Part shown: in pieces, positions 8,184 through 16,664 of the stretch | How positions within the stretch are numbered: position 1 is the first letter of the stretch | How the letters are laid out: each line of letters starts with the position of its first letter | NCBI GenBank assembly: GCA_037968995.1 | Contig: JBBKWP010000282.1 | Location: forward strand, 4,426 to 68,425 | From: Candidatus Xenobia bacterium | GTDB lineage: Bacteria; Vulcanimicrobiota; Xenobia; Xenobiales; JADMJV01 | Direction: 5' to 3' | Length of the DNA: 64,000 bases | Notes under the pieces: model-generated | The model's database searches: none | What the model saw: only the letters and a program-made list of their open reading frames with translations | Told to the model about the DNA's origin: nothing | Made by a program: the position numbers and the translations under genes

Positions 8184-10111
8184 CACATACCAGAAAAGGG
8201 TTCATGTTGGCTGCCGCACTCATGCTCGTGCCTATCTGCTTGATTCTTACCTTCAGCTTAGTGCGACTCATCATCAGCGGGGTCGGCTTCGGGCTCCAGG
8301 CACAGCAGAAAACCAAGGCATTTTACCTGGCCGAAGCGGGCCTCAATGTTGGGTTTCATGTCTTTGGCCTAGGCAACTTCACCACCGTCACCCACGAACC
8401 TGACGGCTCCAAGGTCGGCGCATCGGATGACCTCGCGGTGGTCTGGCCCGCAAATTTCGAACTGCAAAGAGACGGCGACGGATGGATCGGTTGGACCTAC
8501 GATCCGACAGTCGACGAAATAGAGAAGTCGTTCACCCGTTCAGGACTCGAGGAAAGCTACCGTTTCCGAATCTGGTTTCCCGACGAAACCAAGCCCATGG
8601 AGTGGCGGGTTGACAGTGAGGCCGTCGTCGGAAATCGGATGGCCAGCCATCATCTGGCCGGAGTCCTCGAGGATCCTCAGCAATATCTGTTGTTCGACAA
8701 CGGCGACCTGGCCGACCTCGCTCGCTCCTCCCATCAAGAACTCAAGGGACAGATACACACCAACGGCGACCTCTATTTGGCTCCGTGGAGAACGACCGGT
8801 TTCTCCAAAGGGGGGTTTTACATTGTGCCCCCTTCTACAGATACCTCGGGAAACACCATCACCGAACTCCAACTCACCGACGCCGACATCACCACCGGCG
8901 AAGACCTCATTCGGCGCCACGATTATTGGGGTCGATCCGAAGACGGCATTCAGGTCGGCGTCAACGGAAAGTCTTTAGGTACGACGTCGTCCAACTACTT
9001 CGACTCCTTGAGTCCACAATGGGACAGCGCAGGAATCGATGGAGCTCTGTCAGTTTTCGCTGGCAAAGTCAAAACGCGCGATGTGGGCGCGCGACAGAAA
9101 AGTCTTCCCCACTCTCTGACTTTCGAACCGGGTGGTTACTACGACCAACATGCAACCTTGAAGATTGGGGCCTCCTCGGCGCCTAGTAGTTGGCTAAAGA
9201 CCGTCGATGTTTACAACGAGTCTGAAAAACAAAAAGTCCGCATCGCGGAGATCGATCTAAAGAAATTAAGCGCATCCGGGCAGTGGCCTGAGAATGGGCT
9301 GCTGTACTCTTCCACTCCCATTCGTCTAACCAACGGTGCCGATTTAGGAGACGCCCTCACCGTGGTCTGCAGTGAAACCGTGTACCTCCAAGGCGATTTT
9401 AATAAAAAATATCGCAGCTCGGCAGACCTTGCGAACGACACCCATCGCGAAAAACCCGCCGCAATTATGACCGCCGACAGAATCTATAGGATCACCGACG
9501 ATATCGTCGATGACACCGAATCTAACTACAAGTTTCCTATAACCGACCCGGATCTGTTCATTCACGGTCTTCAGGAAGCCGGGACGAAATTTCGTCCCGC
9601 GACGGACCCCCCAAAGTTCCCAGGTGACCCCAACAATGTCATCGAGAGCAATGTCGTGCTGGTCGACAGCACGCCCACGGAAGACACCGCTGCCTTCGCG
9701 TTCGCCGACCAAGGTCACCCGTCCGCCTACCACCCGGGTCTCAAAGTTCGGCTCCATACCCCGCCCGGCGGAGAAACGGAATTCGTCTTTCCTTCGTCGG
9801 AAGACTTTCTGGAGAACGTGAGCGGCGTGCGTTTCGAGCATTCAGGCAGCGAGATTCATCTGCGCAACGCGACCATGGTCAGCGGTATGTTCAACGAAGA
9901 GTACAATGGCCAAGTCCGACAAGGTTCCGGGCCGACACCGTACGTCTTGCGCTCCGTCTACATCCCCCCCAGCGAATTCTGGTTCAGCGGCCCGGCCGAC
10001 GAGAAGCCGGGACTTTTTCGGAGCGCGAACGATATGGTCAGCGGGCTTTCGGGAACGCCTCTTCCCTTCGCTCTCAGGTCGGCGCGCCGTACCTTCTGGG
10101 CCGCCGAGTAG
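8180..10111 (+). CDS. Large PilX_N-like pilus-associated protein (pilin-like N-terminus lacking Glu+5)
   Basis: 643 aa. 'MTHTRKG|FMLAAALMLVPICLIL' is followed by 'QQKTKAFYLAEAGLNVG', which resembles the PilX N-terminal A..AEAG motif. The rest is unrecognised. ATGA overlap with the upstream gene. Confidence 0.5.
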   Translation: MTHTRKGFMLAAALMLVPICLILTFSLVRLIISGVGFGLQAQQKTKAFYLAEAGLNVGFHVFGLGNFTTVTHEPDGSKVGASDDLAVVWPANFELQRDGDGWIGWTYDPTVDEIEKSFTRSGLEESYRFRIWFPDETKPMEWRVDSEAVVGNRMASHHLAGVLEDPQQYLLFDNGDLADLARSSHQELKGQIHTNGDLYLAPWRTTGFSKGGFYIVPPSTDTSGNTITELQLTDADITTGEDLIRRHDYWGRSEDGIQVGVNGKSLGTTSSNYFDSLSPQWDSAGIDGALSVFAGKVKTRDVGARQKSLPHSLTFEPGGYYDQHATLKIGASSAPSSWLKTVDVYNESEKQKVRIAEIDLKKLSASGQWPENGLLYSSTPIRLTNGADLGDALTVVCSETVYLQGDFNKKYRSSADLANDTHREKPAAIMTADRIYRITDDIVDDTESNYKFPITDPDLFIHGLQEAGTKFRPATDPPKFPGDPNNVIESNVVLVDSTPTEDTAAFAFADQGHPSAYHPGLKVRLHTPPGGETEFVFPSSEDFLENVSGVRFEHSGSEIHLRNATMVSGMFNEEYNGQVRQGSGPTPYVLRSVYIPPSEFWFSGPADEKPGLFRSANDMVSGLSGTPLPFALRSARRTFWAAE

Positions 10112-10143
10112 GAGGCCGCTAAAGGCTCGGAGAAGTCCGAGTC

Positions 10144-11154
10144 ATGTCGAGTAAAACGGGTAAAATCACGGCGGGAAAAGCCAAAGAACGAATTAGCTCT
10201 TTAGAAGAGAGTATTGCCGCTCGTCAACAACGTTTGGAACAACTTGAGGCACGTTTGCAGCGAACGGATGCGCCCCAAGAGCGCCTTGTGAGCGCCAAAC
10301 AGCGACTTGAAAGACGGCTCGCACAAGAAAGAGACCAAGTAGAGAAACTCTACCACTTGCTGGAACGCAGTTCCCCCGTGAGCGAAGAGAGCGGAGAGTT
10401 TTTTGTCTCCGAAGAGATCGACGATCTCCATCGGTCTTTTGAAGAAGTCCGTCAAAACTTCGCTCAAATTCAAGCTCGAATCGACAGCCAAGAGGTCCCT
10501 CGAGACCTTACGGGTCGTCTCACCTCTTTCGAAGAACGAGTCACACGTCGAGAGGAGGTGGCCTCGGAACTTTTCGGCCAGTTGCTGTCTCTACAAACAG
10601 CCCTCGACCAAGAACGGCAAGCGATTCGACGGCTGACCCGGAGAATTCGAGAGCAGGACCAAAGCCTCGACGCTCTTCGCGAAGCGGTGGAGGATTCGGT
10701 GGTGGCCACCGTGGACTTAGCAGAGCGCATTGAAGAGCTTGAAGAAGTGGTTTCGGATAGCAAAGAAATTTCCGAACCTCCCGCCGCCATTGTCTCTGAG
10801 GAGAAGCCATGGCTTTCCGAGCTAGAAATTCTGCACGAACAAGTCGACGATGCCCGACGAGACCTCCGCATTTTAAAGGAGCAGATGGTGTTGTTGGCCC
10901 AACAGCCGCCTGGGGATGAGTCGGTCGCCTCCTCTCCGTCGGATATCGACGCCATCCTCTCGCGCATGGAGGCTTTCGACCGACGTCTCACCGAGGTAGC
11001 CGATTCAACACCTAAGACCGTGGAAGGGCCCGAAGATTCCCGTGCTTTGTGTTCACCCGCGAAGTTCGGCACGAACGGAACCTCGTCCCGTCATAAGGTC
11101 GCCCTGTGTTCGTCAGGCGCGCCTGGAACGACTCGCCCGCGTCATCAACCATGA
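10144..11154 (+). CDS. Coiled-coil protein of unknown function
   Basis: 336 aa, E/R/L/Q-rich with heptad-like stretches ('RQQRLEQLEARLQR', 'LAERIEELEEVV'). Its TGA overlaps the ATG 11151 of the next gene (ATGA). Confidence 0.5.
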   Translation: MSSKTGKITAGKAKERISSLEESIAARQQRLEQLEARLQRTDAPQERLVSAKQRLERRLAQERDQVEKLYHLLERSSPVSEESGEFFVSEEIDDLHRSFEEVRQNFAQIQARIDSQEVPRDLTGRLTSFEERVTRREEVASELFGQLLSLQTALDQERQAIRRLTRRIREQDQSLDALREAVEDSVVATVDLAERIEELEEVVSDSKEISEPPAAIVSEEKPWLSELEILHEQVDDARRDLRILKEQMVLLAQQPPGDESVASSPSDIDAILSRMEAFDRRLTEVADSTPKTVEGPEDSRALCSPAKFGTNGTSSRHKVALCSSGAPGTTRPRHQP

Positions 11155-14057
11155 CGGAGGTCGGCTCACGAATACTAAAAGCCGTCGTGATGGGCGGCGG
11201 CCAAGGTACGCGCCTGCGCCCCTTGACCTGCCATTTACCAAAACCCATGGTTCCGGTCTGCAATAGGCCGGTGATGGAATACTGCCTGGAACTCCTTCAA
11301 CGGCACGCGACGACACACGTCTACGTGACCCTCCATTATTTGGCCGACGAAGTGATAGCTCACTTCGGTAATGGCAGCGATTTCGGCCTCCGCATGCATT
11401 ACAGTGTCGAACAAGAGCCGATGGGAACCGCCGGTAGCGTGCACCTCCTGAAAGATTCGTTAGACTCCACTTTCTTCGTCGTCTCCGGTGATGCCTTGAC
11501 CGACTTCGACCTCCAGGCGGCCCTGCAGTTCCACCGAAAAAGCAAAGCCAAGGCAACCCTCGTCCTGACTCGGGTTCACAACCCGTTGGAATTTGGCGTC
11601 GTGGTAGTCGACGAAGAACATCGGATCATCCGATTCCTGGAAAAGCCGACTTGGGGTGAAGTGTTCTCTGACACCGTGAACACAGGGATATATATTCTCG
11701 AGCCCGATGTTCTCGACCTGATCCCCGCTGGGCAGGCCTTCGATTTCTCGAAAGACCTGTTTCCCCTTATGCTCGAACAAAAAATGCCCCTCTTTGGCTA
11801 TGTCGCCGAAGGCTACTGGTGCGATATCGGGACCTTGGAACAGTATCAGGACGCCAACCGCGATCTGCTGACCGGCAAGGTGGATCTCACTTTACCTGGC
11901 AAGGAGCTTCGGCGCGGAATCCACGTCGGCAAAGGCACCCGAATTCATCCAGGCGCTCAACTCGAACCGCCTCTTGTGATCGGTAAAAACTGTCGAATCC
12001 GAGAAGGCGCCCGCCTTCTTGAGGGCACCGTCGTAGGTGACAACTGCATCATAGAAGAAGGAGCCAGCCTTCATCGTGACGTGGTCTGGGAAGACACGTT
12101 CATCGGGCGAAAAGTTCGGTCAGAGGCGGCCATCATCGGTCGCAAGGTCACCCTCAAATCGCACACCGTGGTCGGTGAGGGAGCCGTACTGGCCGATGAG
12201 GTGACTGTCGGCGAAGGTGCCAATGTGTTTCCCCGAGTCAAGATCTGGCCTAAAAAGAAGGTTGAGCCCGGAGCGCACGTCTCCCTTTCACTCATTTGGG
12301 GTCAGCGATGGCCTAGTTCGATGTTCGGCCGAGAGGGCATCGTAGGCCTCGGGAATATTGAACTCACCTCAGAGTTCGCCCTCAAGTTGGGCTCAGCTTA
12401 CGGTTCGCTTTTGAGCAAAGGAAGTACCATCATCTTGGCCCGCGACAGTCACCCCGCGTCGCGAATGATCAATCGCTCGCTGATTTGTGGTCTCATTTCG
12501 GTGGGAATCAACGTTCAGGACCTTCGCATCACTCCAACTCCGGTCACTCGTTTCGTGTTACGCAACACTGCTGCGCTCGGGGGAATCCATTGCCGACTCG
12601 CCAAAGACGATGTTCGTAACCTACAGATTCAGTTCTTCGACGAGCGCGGAGTCAACGTCGGAAAGTCGGTGGAAAGAAAAATCGAAAACTCATTTTTTCG
12701 AGAAGAGTTCAGAAGGACCCTCATGGATGAGGTGGGTCACATTGACTTCCCCGGTCGTACCACCGAGCAGTACTCCGAAGAGTTCGCTTCAAAGTTGGAC
12801 CTTGAGCTCTTAAAAGAAGCTGGCTTCAAGGTCGTCGTCGACTACGGCTCGGGTGGCTCATCTACCGTTTTACCTCAGATTCTCGGACGACTCGGCTGCG
12901 AAAGCGTAAGCATCAATGCCCATCTCGATCCTATCCGAGCCCGCGAATTGCCTTTCGATTCCCCGTTGAGGCTCAATCAACTTTCCGACATAGTCACCAC
13001 TTTGCGCGCCGACCTGGGCGTTTTACTGGACCCGGTTGGTGAGCGGATGGCCCTTATCGACGACAAAGGCGAACAGATCGACGGTTCGACCCTGCTCATC
13101 CTTATGACCATTCTCGTAGGACAAACCGAAAACGGAGTCTTGGTCGCCGCTCCTGTGTCGGCTCCTTCCGTGCTCGAGAGCATCCTACTGCCCAAAGAAG
13201 GCCGGGTTGTTCGCACTGGAGTCGATTTGCGGTCACTGATGCATCGAAGCCAGTTGGGCCGCGATCGCATCCGACTCGCGGGAACCTCCGAAGGTGAACT
13301 TTTCTTTCCCGACTTTTCTTCAGGTTTCGATGCGATGTTCTCCTTCGTGAAGCTTTTGGAGTTGATGTCTCGTCATAAGGTCGCCCTATCCGAGGTCAGA
13401 GCCTTAGTACCTAAGATTCACCAAGCAAAGAAAGAGCTACCGTGCTCTAGTCTCGAAAAAGGACGACTCATGCGCCGTCTGCTCGAGGAAATGAAAGATC
13501 GAGACTTGGAGATGACGGACGGGCTCAAGATTCTCTCGCCCGGAGGCTGGGTTTTGGTAGTACCCGCGCCATCACGGCCATCGTTACTGCTGTGGTCAGA
13601 AGGGCAAACCGTCGAGCAGGCTCAGAACCTCATCAGTGAGATCTCCGACGTACTGACGAAGTTGATGGAAGCACCGGTCACCCCAGAGGAGACGACCTCC
13701 GTAACCCCGTCCTTATCGCATCAAAATCCCACCCTCCCCGAAGAGAAATCTTTCCATTTTTGGAACACTCAACGCTATTTGGGAGTACGTGCCAGGACAT
13801 TTTCTGAGTTCCTCGACACCCTTCACTACATCGAGACTTCCTCGCTAACTTACCATTTTAAGCGAGGGGATTTTTCCAACTGGGTAGAACACGAACTGCG
13901 CGATCGATGGCTGGCAGACCAGATCCGAATGCTGGAAGCCGACCCTGATCGTCTAGAATCTCTTCGCTCGAGCCTGGTTCAACTGCTCAGTCAGTCAGTC
14001 CATCATCGACCACCCGAAGAGACTAGTGGGAACTTAACAGAAAGTGAGGCGACATAG
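11151..14057 (+). CDS. Sugar-1-phosphate nucleotidyltransferase (ManC/GlmU-like NTP-transferase + left-handed beta-helix) fused to a degenerate phosphomannomutase/phosphoglucomutase-like module and an extra C-terminal domain
   Basis: The N-terminus has 'KAVVMGGGQGTRLRPLT' and 'FLEKP', followed by hexapeptide repeats (residues about 270-390). A four-domain PMM/PGM-like region follows. Its Ser loop reads 'GGIHCRLAKDD' instead of TASHNP, and its metal loop reads 'DPVGER' instead of DGDGDR. I prefer ATG 11151 to the ORF-track start 11106. Confidence 0.75.
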   Translation: MTEVGSRILKAVVMGGGQGTRLRPLTCHLPKPMVPVCNRPVMEYCLELLQRHATTHVYVTLHYLADEVIAHFGNGSDFGLRMHYSVEQEPMGTAGSVHLLKDSLDSTFFVVSGDALTDFDLQAALQFHRKSKAKATLVLTRVHNPLEFGVVVVDEEHRIIRFLEKPTWGEVFSDTVNTGIYILEPDVLDLIPAGQAFDFSKDLFPLMLEQKMPLFGYVAEGYWCDIGTLEQYQDANRDLLTGKVDLTLPGKELRRGIHVGKGTRIHPGAQLEPPLVIGKNCRIREGARLLEGTVVGDNCIIEEGASLHRDVVWEDTFIGRKVRSEAAIIGRKVTLKSHTVVGEGAVLADEVTVGEGANVFPRVKIWPKKKVEPGAHVSLSLIWGQRWPSSMFGREGIVGLGNIELTSEFALKLGSAYGSLLSKGSTIILARDSHPASRMINRSLICGLISVGINVQDLRITPTPVTRFVLRNTAALGGIHCRLAKDDVRNLQIQFFDERGVNVGKSVERKIENSFFREEFRRTLMDEVGHIDFPGRTTEQYSEEFASKLDLELLKEAGFKVVVDYGSGGSSTVLPQILGRLGCESVSINAHLDPIRARELPFDSPLRLNQLSDIVTTLRADLGVLLDPVGERMALIDDKGEQIDGSTLLILMTILVGQTENGVLVAAPVSAPSVLESILLPKEGRVVRTGVDLRSLMHRSQLGRDRIRLAGTSEGELFFPDFSSGFDAMFSFVKLLELMSRHKVALSEVRALVPKIHQAKKELPCSSLEKGRLMRRLLEEMKDRDLEMTDGLKILSPGGWVLVVPAPSRPSLLLWSEGQTVEQAQNLISEISDVLTKLMEAPVTPEETTSVTPSLSHQNPTLPEEKSFHFWNTQRYLGVRARTFSEFLDTLHYIETSSLTYHFKRGDFSNWVEHELRDRWLADQIRMLEADPDRLESLRSSLVQLLSQSVHHRPPEETSGNLTESEAT

Positions 14058-14526
14058 CGTGACGGACGAAAAAGGCAGGGACTCAAGTTTTTTTGTCAAG
14101 GCCGGGGTCCTGGTGCTGATCGGCCTCGGATGCTTCGTGCTTGGAAGCTTTGTAGGTCCAGCCTGGGGCTTGTCAGGTGAGAAGCTCCCTTACAATCAAT
14201 TCGAAAATGATGTCAAGTCAAAGGCTTACACCACAGCCTCGATCGACGGCAACATCATTGTTCTGACGACCAGCGATGGGAAAAGTCTTAGGACCGAAGC
14301 CCCCGAAGTCGGACGAGCAGTCGGGCTCCTTATTAAGTTTGAAGTTCCCGTGACGGCCTACCGACCGGTCCCCGCAAGCGGTCTCACTTGGCCAGTCCTT
14401 TTGGCACTGCTGGTGCCCTATGGAGTCTTGGCATTCTATGCTTTCGCGCTCGCCGGCGCGGCGTCTGTCGCCGGAACTCCGCTTCCGGAAGCCGAAGAGG
14501 TTTCTGAAGAGCCGGACGAGATCTGA
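14044..14526 (+). CDS. Small bitopic/two-TM membrane protein resembling the FtsH N-terminal (TM-periplasmic-TM) module
   Basis: 160 aa. TM1 is 'AGVLVLIGLGCFVLGSFVG'. The periplasmic stretch 'LPYNQFENDVKSKAYTTASIDGNIIVLTTSDGKSLRTEAP' is FtsH_ext-like. TM2 is 'WPVLLALLVPYGVLAFYAFALAG', followed by an acidic tail. No AAA+ or protease domain is present. Confidence 0.4.
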   Translation: MRRHSVTDEKGRDSSFFVKAGVLVLIGLGCFVLGSFVGPAWGLSGEKLPYNQFENDVKSKAYTTASIDGNIIVLTTSDGKSLRTEAPEVGRAVGLLIKFEVPVTAYRPVPASGLTWPVLLALLVPYGVLAFYAFALAGAASVAGTPLPEAEEVSEEPDEI

Positions 14527-14580
14527 TAGAGGCGCCAAACCCGAGCGCTTAGAGCACCGTGAGTGTTTTCCAGCCAACCT

Positions 14581-16608
14581 ATGAGCGATTCACAAGCCGA
14601 TCTCGTCCAACGCCTTCTTAAACTGCGCGAAGCCGTCGCTTATCACAACCAGCGCTATCACCAACTCGACGACCCCGAGATTTCAGACTTTGAGTTTGAC
14701 TCGTTGGTACGAACACTTCGGGACTTGGAGGTTTCGCTTCTGGACCTCGAGCCGGAAAAGACGACCGCTCTAGCGGTTGGCGCAGCCCCTTCAAAGCGAT
14801 TCCATCACGTCGAACATTCGCAACCGATGATGTCGCTGGAGAACGCGACGTCACGGACCGATCTTGAGCACTGGGTCCAACGAATGAATCGTTATGTCGA
14901 TTCGGATCTTGAGACCGTCTGCGAACTCAAAATGGATGGGCTGGCCGTCTCGCTTCTTTATGAACAAGGCCAACTCGTAAGGGCGGCGACCCGAGGGGAT
15001 GGACGCGTCGGCGAAGACGTCACTGCCAATGCCTTGACCGTTTCGAACATCCCAACCCGACTTAAGGCCGACCAGATTCCGGCGCGCCTGGAACTGCGAG
15101 GGGAAATCTACATGCCCCTGACTTCATTCGAGGGTCTCAATCGACAACAGGCTCAAAATGGGGAGCGCTTGTTCGCAAACCCTCGCAACGCGGCCGCCGG
15201 CTCATTGCGCCAGAAAGACTCTTCCGTGACCGCCTCGCGTCATCTGGCTTTTGTGGCCTATCAACTGACCGCCACTGAACCCGAGGCGAACATCGCCACC
15301 CATTGGGACGCGATGAGGTATTTGGCAGATCTTGGCCTTCCGATCAACGAGCACTCTAGCCTAGTCAAGGGGCTCGATAGGGTCTATGAGTACTGCTTAA
15401 AATGGCAGACGAACCGCCATCTCAACAACTTTGAGATCGATGGGGTGGTGGTGAAGCTCAATCGTCTGGACCACCAGACCGACCTCGGGTCGACCTCCAA
15501 AGCTCCTCGTTGGGCCATCGCCTACAAGTTTCCCCCAGAAACCCAGACCACTCTCCTGCAAGACATTATGGTTTCCATCGGTCGCTCAGGTAAAGCCACG
15601 CCCTTTGCTCTTCTTGACCCCGTTTCAGTCAGTGGGTCAATCCTAAGGATGGCGACCCTTCATAATCAAGACCAAGTCACCCAAAAAGACGTACGACCAG
15701 GCGACACGGTGATCGTTCGTAAGGCCGGCGATGTGATCCCGGAAGTCGTCGGTCCCGTCTTGTCCTTACGGCCCAAGGACTGTCCTCCTTGGAGCTTTCC
15801 CAACAAATGCCCGGAGTGCGGCGCCCCCCTGATAAGACAACCCGACCAGAGCGACACGTTTTGCTTGAATTCCGCCTGTCCAAAGCAACAGGTGCAGCGA
15901 ATCGCTCATTTTGTCTCTCGCGATGCGATGAATATAGAGCAACTAGGAGAGCGCACCATTCAAACCTTGCTGAGCAAAGGTCTGATCCGTGATTCGGCGG
16001 ACCTTTACTCCATCGATTACGATCGCTTGTTGGCCTTGCGTGGTTTTCAGCGGGCCTCGGCGGCTAAATTGGCCGGGGCCATCGAGGACTCCAAAAAGCG
16101 TCCCCTATCGAACCTCCTGCTCGCTCTAGGTATCGCCCATCTCGGTAAGGCAGGGTCGCAACTTTTGGCGCGTACGATGGGCGATATCGACCGCATCGTC
16201 AAAGCGTCGACTGACGTCATTGCCGCCGTGGACGGCATCGGACCGATCATCGCACAGAGCGTTCACGATTTTTTCGCGGACCCCCACAACCGTGACCTCA
16301 TCGAGCGTCTACGAAACGCTGGGGTCAACCTCAGCGCCCCCGATCTCCCTTCTTCGCCTCAAACTCTCGTCGGAAAGTCCCTGGTGGTCACGGGAACACT
16401 GCAAGGATTCACTCGGGAAGCCGCTGTGGAAGCCATCACAGAGTGCGGAGGAAAGTCTCCCGGCAGCGTTTCCAGACAGACGACGGCCCTGGTATTGGGA
16501 GAGGCTCCCGGCACCGCTAAAATCAAGAAGGCACAAACTTTGGGCATTCCGGTCATCGATGAAGCCGCGTTCGTGACGCTCTTGGAAACCGGTCAACTCG
16601 AGGAATAA
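14581..16608 (+). CDS. ligA: NAD-dependent DNA ligase (copy 1, canonical length)
   Basis: Domain Ia ('YHNQRYHQLDDPEISDFEFD'), the adenylation motif 'CELKMDGLAVSL', 'FANPRNAAAGSLRQKD' and 'PRWAIAYKF' are present. So are the Zn finger 'CPECGAPL..C.NSACP', the HhH region and the BRCT 'GKSLVVTGTL'. The ORF track starts at GTG 14563; ATG 14581 fits LigA N-termini better. Confidence 0.92.
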   Translation: MSDSQADLVQRLLKLREAVAYHNQRYHQLDDPEISDFEFDSLVRTLRDLEVSLLDLEPEKTTALAVGAAPSKRFHHVEHSQPMMSLENATSRTDLEHWVQRMNRYVDSDLETVCELKMDGLAVSLLYEQGQLVRAATRGDGRVGEDVTANALTVSNIPTRLKADQIPARLELRGEIYMPLTSFEGLNRQQAQNGERLFANPRNAAAGSLRQKDSSVTASRHLAFVAYQLTATEPEANIATHWDAMRYLADLGLPINEHSSLVKGLDRVYEYCLKWQTNRHLNNFEIDGVVVKLNRLDHQTDLGSTSKAPRWAIAYKFPPETQTTLLQDIMVSIGRSGKATPFALLDPVSVSGSILRMATLHNQDQVTQKDVRPGDTVIVRKAGDVIPEVVGPVLSLRPKDCPPWSFPNKCPECGAPLIRQPDQSDTFCLNSACPKQQVQRIAHFVSRDAMNIEQLGERTIQTLLSKGLIRDSADLYSIDYDRLLALRGFQRASAAKLAGAIEDSKKRPLSNLLLALGIAHLGKAGSQLLARTMGDIDRIVKASTDVIAAVDGIGPIIAQSVHDFFADPHNRDLIERLRNAGVNLSAPDLPSSPQTLVGKSLVVTGTLQGFTREAAVEAITECGGKSPGSVSRQTTALVLGEAPGTAKIKKAQTLGIPVIDEAAFVTLLETGQLEE

Positions 16609-16644
16609 AAAAAAGCCGTCTGTCCAGAGACAAACGACTTTTTT
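16606..16644. terminator. Bidirectional intrinsic terminator between convergent ligA and the 16665-17648 gene
   Basis: An A8 run is followed by an imperfect hairpin (GCCGTCTGTC-CAGA-GACAAACGAC, about 8 of 10 pairs) and then T6. It sits in the 56-nt gap between two convergent stops. Confidence 0.6.
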
Positions 16645-16664
16645 CCGTGAGAAATCCTGAGAGT

